A stretch of DNA of 61,757 nt, counting the filler. It is 4 parts of 4 records of this genome, joined end to end, with 100 filler letters (N's around TTAATTAATTAA, not from the genome) between each part and the next. Parts side by side here need not be neighbours in the genome. Positions count along the whole stretch, not along the records: positions 1 to 28,170 come from SRR20825006_599; 3 more parts are not named here. One strand, 5' to 3'. The position numbers were made by a program, and so were the translations under genes. Each line of letters opens with the position of its first letter. Position 1 is the stretch's first letter. The notes beneath the pieces are model-generated. The model was not told the DNA's origin and did not search any database. It worked only from the letters and a program-made list of their open reading frames with translations. Positions 1 to 8,669 of the stretch are shown here, piece by piece.

Positions 1-453
1 GGCCGTCAGATTTTTTCCAACATGACCGTGCGAGAAAATCTGCTGATCGGCGGCGGTCCGCATGGCCTCGCCGAACTTGATCACGTTTGCCACCTGTTTC
101 CGACGTTGAGCGAACGTATCAATCAGGATGCCGGGTCGCTTTCCGGCGGCGAGCAGCAGATGCTGTGTATCGGTCGGGCATTGATGGGCAAACCGGAAAT
201 TCTTCTGCTGGATGAACCCTCACTTGGGTTGGCACCAAAGATCGTGAAAGCGATCTTTGATCTGGTCGAGACGATCCGCAGCGAGGGGCTTTCCATACTG
301 ATTGTGGAACAGAATGCCAAATCAGTGCTGCGCATTGCCGATCAGGCTGCCGTTATGGAAGGCGGCAGGATCGCGCTGAGTGGCCCAGCGAAAGAACTGG
401 CTGCCGATCCGCGTGTCGCCGAGGCCTATCTGGGAGGTCACGTTCATGTCTGA
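1..453 (+). CDS. ABC transporter ATP-binding protein, LivF-like (5' truncated by window edge)
   Basis: Frame open from base 1 (GRQIFSNMTVRENL); signature LSGGEQQML; Walker B ILLLDEPSLGLAP; LIVEQN; C-terminal AYLGG typical of LivF. Confidence 0.9.
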   Translation, partial: GRQIFSNMTVRENLLIGGGPHGLAELDHVCHLFPTLSERINQDAGSLSGGEQQMLCIGRALMGKPEILLLDEPSLGLAPKIVKAIFDLVETIRSEGLSILIVEQNAKSVLRIADQAAVMEGGRIALSGPAKELAADPRVAEAYLGGHVHV

Positions 454-949
454 AGCATCAATGTCTGAAAAGCAGGAGCGCCTGCCGATCATTGAGCAGC
501 GTCGTATTGAAGCGAACGTGCTTTCAGGTGTTTATGATGAGATCAAAGCACGTCATGGCACGGCAGAAGCGCGCAAAGTGATCGGCGATGCCGTGACCCG
601 CGCTGCGATCCGTCAGGGTGAAAGCTTTGCACGGGAGTTGGATCATCCGGCCGATTTTTTCGATTTTGCCGACTCGCTGAAATACTGGACAGCGAATGGT
701 GCGCTGGAAATTACCGTTCTGGAAACAACGAACGAGACCTTTGCCTATAATGTAACCCGATGTCGCTATGCAGAAATGTATCGTGAGATGGGGCTTGGCG
801 AGATCGGCGATGTCCTGTCCTGTAATCGCGATGGCGCGTTCTGCCGGGGCTTTAACCCGAAGATGAAGCTCACACGTAACCAGACGATCATGTCCGGCGC
901 AAGCCACTGTGATTTTCGTTATTCAATGGAAGAGAGCGCCGCGAAATAG
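446..949 (+). CDS. L-2-amino-thiazoline-4-carboxylate (ATC) hydrolase-family protein
   Basis: GGAGG at 433-437 before ATG 446, overlapping the LivF end; motifs RRIEA, VTRCRYAEMY, LSCNRD, TIMSGASHCDFRY. Confidence 0.8.
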   Translation: MSEASMSEKQERLPIIEQRRIEANVLSGVYDEIKARHGTAEARKVIGDAVTRAAIRQGESFARELDHPADFFDFADSLKYWTANGALEITVLETTNETFAYNVTRCRYAEMYREMGLGEIGDVLSCNRDGAFCRGFNPKMKLTRNQTIMSGASHCDFRYSMEESAAK

Positions 950-974
950 CGCCGCATAGGGAACCGAAAACGCA

Positions 975-2447
975 ATGTCCACGCTTTTGAACTCCACCGA
1001 AGACCGCGGTTTTGCCGAAAACGACCTTTCGTCCCTCAATGAAAAGGTGAAGGCCGATCTGGAAGTGTTGAAACTGCCGCCGGCGGAGTGGTCGGCCAAC
1101 AGCGCAGGCGACGGGGATGGCGCACTTCTCGACGTGGTCATCATCGGAGCAGGCATGTTCGGACTTTCCGCGGCAGGTAGCCTGATTTTCAAGGGTGTTC
1201 GCAATATCAAACTGCTTGATCGCGCAGCGGAAGGACAGGAGGGGCCATGGGTGACCTATGCGCGCATGTTGACCTTGCGCTCGAAGAAGGATCTTCCAGG
1301 TTCTCCATTCGGCGTCCCTTCTCTCACATTCCGGGCGTGGTATGAGGCAAGCTTTGGTCTGGCAGCCTGGGAAGCGCTTTACAAGATTCCCAATGCTGTC
1401 TGGCAGGATTACCTGATCTGGTTGCGCAAGGTTCTTGAACTACCGGTCGAAAACGGTTGCCATGTAACCGCGCTGGAACCTTTCAGCGACCATGTGAGAA
1501 TTACGACGGCCGATCGCCGTGTCTTCAGGGCCAAGCGTGTGGTGATGGCTACCGGCAGGACCGGAGCCGGTGGTTTCAACCGTCCTGAGGGTGTTGCTGC
1601 TGATCTTTGGCCGGACCTTGCCGCCCACACAAGTGAAACCATCGATTTTGCCCGGCTGACGGGCAAGCGTGTTGCCGTCATCGGTGCGGGATCGTCGGCC
1701 TGGGACAATGCTGCCACGGCGCTTGAGAATGGCGCGCAGTCGGTTGATATGTTCTGCCGCCGCAAGGCGCTGCCTCAACTCAACAAGGGGCGCGCCAATG
1801 CCAATCCGGGCTTTTTTGCCGGATGGCGCGGTCTGCCGGATGCAAAGCGCTGGGAAATGGCGGTTTATCTGGAGCGTGTTCAATCGGCACCACCGCATGA
1901 GACCGTGCTTCGCACCATTGCGCATGACAATTTCGAAGTGCATTTCGGCATGCCTTTTCAGACCGTTGAGCGGCGCGGAAATGAGATCACGATTACGTTT
2001 TCAAATGGCGAAATGCGTTCTTTCGATTTCCTTATTCTGGGAACCGGTTTTGCTGTCGATCTGTCAAAAGAGCCTGTGTTTTCGAATATTTCAGGGCGGA
2101 TCCTGACGTGGGGGGACTGCTATCAGCCACCGAAAGAGCTGGAAAATGCCGGTCTTGCGCGAATGCCCTATCTGGGTGAGGGGTTTGAGTTGAAAGAGCG
2201 GGGTGTGGAGAAAAGTCCGCTGGAACGCATCCATATCTTCAATACCGGTGCATATTTGAGCTTTGGAACGCTCTCGCTGGATGTGCCAAGCGTCAACCCG
2301 GCGGGTGAGCGTCTTGCTTCTCATATCGTCAGTCACCTGTTCGTAGAGGACTTTGATGTGCTTTTTGAAAGACTTAAGGCGTGGGATGACGAACATGAGC
2401 TTGCGCCGACGCCGTTTTACGCTCCCGACTATGTGAACCGTGTATAG
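975..2447 (+). CDS. FAD/NAD(P)-dependent oxidoreductase, HpyO (FAD-dependent urate hydroxylase)-like
   Basis: Two Rossmann motifs (IGAGMFG, IGAGSSA); EGPWxTYARMxTLRSxK and LTFRAWYEAxFG blocks recognised as HpyO-family; substrate not established. Confidence 0.75.
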   Translation: MSTLLNSTEDRGFAENDLSSLNEKVKADLEVLKLPPAEWSANSAGDGDGALLDVVIIGAGMFGLSAAGSLIFKGVRNIKLLDRAAEGQEGPWVTYARMLTLRSKKDLPGSPFGVPSLTFRAWYEASFGLAAWEALYKIPNAVWQDYLIWLRKVLELPVENGCHVTALEPFSDHVRITTADRRVFRAKRVVMATGRTGAGGFNRPEGVAADLWPDLAAHTSETIDFARLTGKRVAVIGAGSSAWDNAATALENGAQSVDMFCRRKALPQLNKGRANANPGFFAGWRGLPDAKRWEMAVYLERVQSAPPHETVLRTIAHDNFEVHFGMPFQTVERRGNEITITFSNGEMRSFDFLILGTGFAVDLSKEPVFSNISGRILTWGDCYQPPKELENAGLARMPYLGEGFELKERGVEKSPLERIHIFNTGAYLSFGTLSLDVPSVNPAGERLASHIVSHLFVEDFDVLFERLKAWDDEHELAPTPFYAPDYVNRV

Positions 2448-2622
2448 CCACTTGGTTTGGTGCCTGTCTCAGACCCACTCATGAAACTTTTCCGTTGGTG
2501 AGAAGCCGTTTCTGCGTGGATCAAGGTAGACCCGGTCTCGACTGCCGCTGCAGTTTGCGCAATAACGTGACCTTGATTTCAAGAGACAAGGCCGGTTGCG
2601 TTCCGGCAGTGGTGCAGGATTT

Positions 2623-4409
2623 ATGATCTCGAAGAAAATTTTTATCTCGGTCGTGTATTTCAAGCCCGCACCGTTGATCAAGACAGAGTACCTCAACCCC
2701 ATCCAGGCGGGCAGGGCACTGGGACGCTATGAGGTCGAAGGCGCGATCGGTGACGATACCGGCAATAATATCTCCGAGAAGAACATCAACTGGAATGAGC
2801 TGACCGCGCTTTACTGGATGCGTCATAATGTTGATGCCGAATATTATGGCCTGATGCACTATCGGCGGCTGCTGGTGTTTTCTGAGAAAAAGCCCAAGGC
2901 GCTGACATTCTCGGACGTCACCGAGCGGGAGTACAAGCGCTATGGGTGGAACGACGCGCTGATTGAAAAGGCGTGCGAAGATGCCGATATCCTGACGCCG
3001 CCTGTCCGTGACATCTATCTGCCGGGCCTGCCGGAAGTGCTGATGACTGCAGGTGAATTCTATGCCCATCAGTTTCACGGGCGCGATATGGAGATACTGG
3101 AGGCCGTCGTAAAAGAGCGATCACCTGAGATTTATCCCTATTTCGTAGATATGCTCGTCGGCCGGAAAATCTTCTTCAACAGCATCTCCGTCATGCGAAA
3201 AAACTTCTTCATGGAATACAGTGACTGGTTGGTCGATATTCTTGAACAAGTTGAAAAGCGGAGTGATACGACCGGTTATGATTCTCATCAGCGACGTCTG
3301 AGCGGCTTCCTTTCGGAGTTTCTGACATACACTTACGTCACCTATGCGAAGGCCGTACACGAGGCACGGGTTCGTGAATTGCCTGTCACCTGGGGCGTTC
3401 GTGCACGGCCACCGGTTTCACCGGAAAAAGTCTTGCTTGAAGCCCGGCAAAAGCGGCTGGCAGTGGGGGTGAAGAGCGATGGGGCTGCCGTGGCTGAAAG
3501 GGATATCAATATTGTCCTGGCCTGTGACGACAATTATGCACCACATGCCGCTGTTGCCATGCTTTCTGCGCTTTCCATGAGCTCTGTTCCATCCCGCCTG
3601 CGTTTCATCGTATTGGCAGGCAACAGGCTGTCATCGGGAAACCGGGAGACGTTGCGAAATGTTATGGTGACAGCAAAGGGGCATATCGAATTTGTCGATA
3701 TCGATGAAAAAAACTGCGTTGGTTGCCACTGAGAAACGGTCGCCTGTCGGTGGCTGCCTACTATCGGATTACCATGCATGATTACCTGCCGGAAGACATC
3801 GGAAAGGTGATTTACATTGATGCCGATACGATCCTTTTGGATGACATTGCGAAACTCTGGGACATTGATCTTGAAGGTTTTCCGATTGCTGCTGCTGCCG
3901 ATGACGCAGGCTTCAATCAGGGACGCCGCCTGAGGCTTTCAAGAGAGCATCGCTATTTCAATTCGGGCGTGATGGTGTTTGACGTCGAGAAGATGCGAAA
4001 CATCGGCCTTTCCAGTCAGGTCCTGGACATTTTCCGTCAGAACGGGCCATGGATTATCTCCGAAGATCAGGACATTCTGAACATCCTGTTTGCGGAGAAT
4101 ACAAAGATGCTGCATCTGAGATGGAATGCTGGTTCCCGCATTTATCGCGCCAATCCACTTGAGCCATCTTATGATGAAAATGAAGCTTTTGAAGCGGCCA
4201 GTAATCCGGCGATTGTACACTTCACCGACACGCGCAAACCGTGGCATCTGAAATGCACGCATCCCTTCACCGAGCTTTACTGGGATTATCGTAACGAAAC
4301 GCCGTGGGCCGAAACCGCAATGGTGCGTGCAAAACGCAAGGCGGTTTATTGGCTTCGACGCCATTTGCGCGCCCGTGATCGCCGGTTTGAAAGCAAGGTG
4401 CGGCGCTGA
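2623..4409 (+). CDS. Dual-domain glycosyltransferase DUF4422(GT111)+GT8, WbbM-like, split by a -1 frameshift at 3707-3714
   Basis: ORF1 2623-3732: DDTGNNISEKN-x-WNELTALYW and GLMHYRR (DUF4422), then the GT8 start IVLACDDNY; ORF2 frame (to 4409): YYRI, YIDADT, YFNSGV, DQDILN, IVHF-x3-KPW; one extra A in the A7 run fuses them into about 595 aa. Confidence 0.8.
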
Positions 4410-4489
4410 AGCCATGCGAAGTGACACCCGTGATTGAAAGCCAGCCCCGTAAGCATGGACCACATGCATACGGGGCTGGCTGAAAACAA

Positions 4490-6649
4490 TCATCCGCCGC
4501 CGAAAAGCTGCAATATGCCGCGATGCTTCTGTTGTTTCTGTGTGGGCTGTGCCTCGCCGACAGAACCCGGCGGTGTCGGCATCGCGGTGTTACCCGTGCT
4601 GGCATTTGTCGCGTTGCCATCGCCACTATTCAGCCGCCCTAAAAGCTCGACCAGCGTTGTGCCATTGCCACTCTCGACCTGCGGCCTGGCCGGCGCTGGT
4701 TCGATGAGCCGCCCGCCGCCATAAAGCGGCTTTGGTTTCAGGCCGTGATGGGCCTTGGCCATAAAATCATGCCATACTTCGGCAGGAAGACGTCCGCCGG
4801 TTACATTCTTCATCGGTGAATTATCGTCATTACCAAGCCAGACACCCGCGGTAAGATTAGAGGTAAAGCCAACAAACAGTGCATCGCGGGACGACTGTGT
4901 GGTGCCGGTTTTACCAGCCACTTGCCAACCGGGTATTTGAGCATTATGGCCGGTGCCTTCGGTGACAACACGCATCAGCATTCCGTTCATATTGGCGGCG
5001 ATCCGGGGTGCAAGAACCCGAGGCGGGTTGGCATAATCCGCCTTGTAAAGCAGCTTGCCCTTGGTCGTTTCAATGCTTTGGATCAGGTGGGGTGTTGCCT
5101 TGAACCCACCATTCATGAACGGGGTGTAAGCACTGGTCAACTCCATGAGCGTGACCTCCGAAGTGCCCAGCGCCAGAGAAGCATTGGCCGTGATATCCGA
5201 TTCGATGCCGAGCCGGTGGGCAAGCCGCACCACTTCTTCCGGGCTGGCTTCCATCACCAGCTGGGCGGCAATCGTATTGACGGATTCGGCAAGCGCTTGC
5301 GTCAGCGTCATTGCTCCAGCATAGGTTTTCTCGTAATTTTCCGGTGTCCAGTTGCCGATCCGGATCGGTGCGTCATTGCGTACGGAGCTCGGCCTGTCTC
5401 CGATTTCCAGCGCTGCGGCATAGACAAAGGGCTTGAAAGCCGAACCCGGCTGCCGTTTGGCAACGGCTGCGCGGTTATACTGGCTCTTGGCATAGTCTCG
5501 CCCGCCGACAATTGCCCGGATTGCCCCGGTGGCATCGAGCGCCACCAGAGCACCTTGCCCGACGCGATCCTTTTTGCCGTTTTTATCGAGCGCGTTTTTC
5601 AGACTGGTTTCCGCATCGTCTTCAAGGCCCGGGTCTATGGTCGTGTGGACGACGATATCGGTCTGAACCTTGCCGATCAGATCCGGCAATTCCTGCATCA
5701 CCATATCGGCGGCGTAGTGTTCTGCGCCTGACCAGTAGCTGGGGGCCTTTTTCGGTTCGCGGGCCATCGCGGTTGCCATGTCGCTGTCATTGATCAGGCC
5801 CTGATCATGCATTGCCGCCAGAACGACCTGCGCTCGGGCTTCCGCCGCTTGCGGATCGCGCGCCGGAGAGAGCCTTGAAGGTGCCTTCAAAAGCCCCGCC
5901 AGAAGGGCTGCTTCACCCAGTGTCACATCGCGGGCAGACTTGTTGAAGTAACGCTGCGATGCGGCCTCGACACCGTAGGCCCCGGAGCCGAAATAAACCC
6001 GGTTCAGATACATCGCCAGAATTTGATCCTTGGTATATTTATGCTCGAGCCAGAGCGCCATCAATGCTTCCTGGGCTTTGCGCTCCAGCGTCTGTGCGTG
6101 AGACAAAAGCACATTCTTGGCAAGCTGCTGGGTCAGTGTGGACCCGCCCTGAACAACATCGCCATGCATGATGTTGGTCATCATGGCGCGGGCCAGACCA
6201 ATGGGATCAACCCCGGGATGGGAGTAATAGCGCCGGTCTTCGATGGCAACGACGGCCATCGGGATATAGGGCGACATGTCGTTAATGGAGATCGCCTCGC
6301 CGCCATTGGCTCCGCGATTGGCAATCAACGAACCGTCATTGGCCATGATCTTGACGTTGGGGGCACGATCGGGAACCGCCCATTCATCAACCGGTGGCAG
6401 TTTGGCACCGTAGTAGATCGCGATACCGGCAACCACGACAGCGGCCCAGATGGCGGCGACAAAACCCCAGTAGAAGACGAAACGAATGGAACGGGCAAAA
6501 GCACCGCGCGTGGGCTTTCGCACTGACTTCCGCCTGGATTTGCCGCCCCCGGTCTTTCCGGATTTTTTCCGTGCAGGCCTGCTGGCCGCCGCTGTTTTTC
6601 CAAACAGGGACGGTTCAGTCTTGCTGTGCTTCTTCTTTTTTCCGGCCAT
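4490..6649 (-). CDS. Class A penicillin-binding protein (transglycosylase/transpeptidase, PBP1A family)
   Basis: Basic N-tail plus one TM helix; EDRRY, GGSTLTQQLAKN, RKAQE (GT51); SAFK, SVN, KTG (transpeptidase). Confidence 0.95.
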   Translation of the reverse strand: MAGKKKKHSKTEPSLFGKTAAASRPARKKSGKTGGGKSRRKSVRKPTRGAFARSIRFVFYWGFVAAIWAAVVVAGIAIYYGAKLPPVDEWAVPDRAPNVKIMANDGSLIANRGANGGEAISINDMSPYIPMAVVAIEDRRYYSHPGVDPIGLARAMMTNIMHGDVVQGGSTLTQQLAKNVLLSHAQTLERKAQEALMALWLEHKYTKDQILAMYLNRVYFGSGAYGVEAASQRYFNKSARDVTLGEAALLAGLLKAPSRLSPARDPQAAEARAQVVLAAMHDQGLINDSDMATAMAREPKKAPSYWSGAEHYAADMVMQELPDLIGKVQTDIVVHTTIDPGLEDDAETSLKNALDKNGKKDRVGQGALVALDATGAIRAIVGGRDYAKSQYNRAAVAKRQPGSAFKPFVYAAALEIGDRPSSVRNDAPIRIGNWTPENYEKTYAGAMTLTQALAESVNTIAAQLVMEASPEEVVRLAHRLGIESDITANASLALGTSEVTLMELTSAYTPFMNGGFKATPHLIQSIETTKGKLLYKADYANPPRVLAPRIAANMNGMLMRVVTEGTGHNAQIPGWQVAGKTGTTQSSRDALFVGFTSNLTAGVWLGNDDNSPMKNVTGGRLPAEVWHDFMAKAHHGLKPKPLYGGGRLIEPAPARPQVESGNGTTLVELLGRLNSGDGNATNASTGNTAMPTPPGSVGEAQPTQKQQKHRGILQLFGGG

Positions 6650-6701
6650 GGGCGATGTCGCCTGTAATCTTCCGTCTTGAGACGATCCTAGATGGATCGT
6701 T

Positions 6702-6716
6702 TTAAGGTCATATTAA
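6702..6716. promoter_or_regulatory. Putative CtrA-binding site
   Basis: TTAA-GGTCATA-TTAA (TTAA-N7-TTAA), 53-67 bp upstream of the PBP start. Confidence 0.6.
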
Positions 6717-6818
6717 GGCGCAGATATTCTCTGGCATCATCGGAAGCTAAAAGACCGTTTGTAGCGTTAACAGAAGCTGAAGGCTGGCAGCGGCGCCGGC
6801 CTCCAACGGACTGTCATG

Positions 6819-8207
6819 CTATTTCGCCAGCGCATCCATGATGCGGATCCATGAGCGAATGCCCTTGTGAAAGGAATTCAGTTCGTATTTTTCATTCGGC
6901 GAATGAATACGGTCATCATTGAGACCGAAGCCGACCAGAAGCGAATCCATGCCGAGTTTCGACTGGAAATCACCGACAATCGGGATCGATCCGCCCATGC
7001 CGATGACAACAGCCGGTTTGGGCCATTCCTCGCTGAGCGCACCCTGTGCCTGTTTCAGGAATGGTGCATTGTAATCAAGCTGAATGGCCGGTGAGCCACC
7101 GTGTGGATGGAATTCCACCTTGCAATCGTCCGGCAACCTGGACTGCACATAGGCACGGAAGCTTTCTCGGATTTTTACCGGATCCTGCTTGCCGACGAGA
7201 CGGAAGGAAACTTTCGCAGACGCCTGCGCGGCAATCACGGTCTTGAAGCCGTCGCCGGTGTAGCCGCCGGTAATGCCATTAACTTCGGCTGTCGGGCGGG
7301 CCCAGGTCAGTTCCAGAGCGGAATAGCCCTTTTCACCGGCAGGCACAGAAAGACCGATCTCGCCCAGAAAGCGCTGGTCGGATTCCCCAAGCGCTTCCCA
7401 CGTTTTCTTGACATCTTCGGGCGTGTCTTCAACACCGTCGTAAAAACCGTCCAGCGTCACACGGCCGTTTTCATCATGCAGACCGGCCAGAATATCAGCA
7501 AGAATATGGATCGGGTTGGCCGCCGCACCGCCAAAAAAACCGGAGTGGAGATCACGGTCGGCTGCGGTAATAACGACTTCATCTCCGACAAGACCGCGAA
7601 GCGTTGCGGCAATGGCCGGGGTTTCGCGATCCCACATGCCGGTATCGCAAACGAGCGCGAAATCGGCCTTCACCAGGTCGCCATGTTCCTCAAAAAAGGC
7701 CGGAAGCGAAGGCGAGCCGGATTCTTCCTCTCCCTCGAACATGATGGTGATCTTCAGTGGCAGTTCACCGGCCTCTTCGCGATAAGCGCGGCAGGCCTGG
7801 AGAAAGGTCATTAACTGGCCTTTGTCATCGGATGAACCACGCCCGGTGATGATCTTGCGTCCTTCACCCATATCCTTGATCTTTGGATCAAATGGCTCGT
7901 CATCCCAGAGATTGAGCGGATCAACCGGCTGCACATCATAATGGCCGTAAAACAGCACATGCGGCGCACCCTGCGGCGCATTCTCGCTGGTGGCAACGAT
8001 GATCGGGTGCCCTTTTGTCTCGTGCGCTGTGGCGATGAAACCAAGCGTTTTAAGCTCATCGACCAGCCAGTTTGCCGCAGCCGTGCAGTCCTTCTTGTAC
8101 GCCGGATCGGTAGAGATCGACGGTATGCGAAGGAGGTCAAAAAGCTTGTCCAGACTTGAAGGAAGGTTGTCATCGGCGCGCTTAAGCAGCGCATTCAGGT
8201 CGCTCAT
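6819..8207 (-). CDS. M20/M25/M40 family dipeptidase
   Basis: YGHYDVQP, GRGSSDDKG, EGEEESGS, DLHSG, IHSPNE; ATG 8207 with GAGG upstream. Confidence 0.92.
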   Translation of the reverse strand: MSDLNALLKRADDNLPSSLDKLFDLLRIPSISTDPAYKKDCTAAANWLVDELKTLGFIATAHETKGHPIIVATSENAPQGAPHVLFYGHYDVQPVDPLNLWDDEPFDPKIKDMGEGRKIITGRGSSDDKGQLMTFLQACRAYREEAGELPLKITIMFEGEEESGSPSLPAFFEEHGDLVKADFALVCDTGMWDRETPAIAATLRGLVGDEVVITAADRDLHSGFFGGAAANPIHILADILAGLHDENGRVTLDGFYDGVEDTPEDVKKTWEALGESDQRFLGEIGLSVPAGEKGYSALELTWARPTAEVNGITGGYTGDGFKTVIAAQASAKVSFRLVGKQDPVKIRESFRAYVQSRLPDDCKVEFHPHGGSPAIQLDYNAPFLKQAQGALSEEWPKPAVVIGMGGSIPIVGDFQSKLGMDSLLVGFGLNDDRIHSPNEKYELNSFHKGIRSWIRIMDALAK

Positions 8208-8328
8208 CGTAAACCTCGATCTTATTTGCAACGAAGAAAGGTATTTTTGAGCGGCAACATAGGCCAAGCGATTGCGGAATGAAACGGCGCTTGATCATAC
8301 CGACGAAAAGAAATGTGAGGGGCAGGGC

Positions 8329-8477
8329 AAAATAAAACCGCCATGGCCTGGAGGGGGGCGGGCCATGGCGGTGCTATATCGGACAAAGGCCGGAGAGGGG
8401 GATGGAGCCTTTGTCCTGTTGTCTGATGAGGCGGGGGACGGGCCTCTATCAGGCATCGGCGTTTGTTGCGCCGCTGA
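8329..8477 (-). ncRNA. Small RNA with C-rich-loop hairpins, probable alpha-r7 (Smr7C) family
   Basis: Four consecutive hairpins (8457-8473, 8423-8452, 8381-8416, 8337-8372); last is a 12-bp stem followed by a T-rich run; CTTGAA -35-like box at 8506-8511; divergent from polA; ends approximate. Confidence 0.75.
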
Positions 8478-8669
8478 TTTGTATTTGTACTTTGAAATGT
8501 GTCGATTCAAGGGAAACGCAGGTCTGTTTCGTTACAAATCGGTAATAAAGCGGGCTTACACCGCATTTTCCGTTTTAATCACACGAAAACGTGACTGAAA
8601 CATGCGTGACGGACGATATCAAAAGCTTTGTGATGGACGTTTTCAGGCGGTCGGGTTATGCCTTTCGTC

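Noticed and set aside
446..469. ATGTCTGAA repeated at 446 and 461
   Set aside because: A 9-bp repeat giving two possible starts; too short to support any further claim
3676..3681. AAGGGG as an internal Shine-Dalgarno stimulator of the frameshift
   Set aside because: About 26 nt upstream of the heptamer, too far for the usual 10-14 nt spacing
8337..8452. Consecutive hairpins as a CRISPR array
   Set aside because: Stems differ in sequence, there are no repeat-spacer units and no cas genes in the window
8272..8598. 108-aa (+) and 71-aa (-) ORFs in the peptidase-polA gap
   Set aside because: No recognisable motifs; the region is better explained by the hairpin sRNA and its promoter
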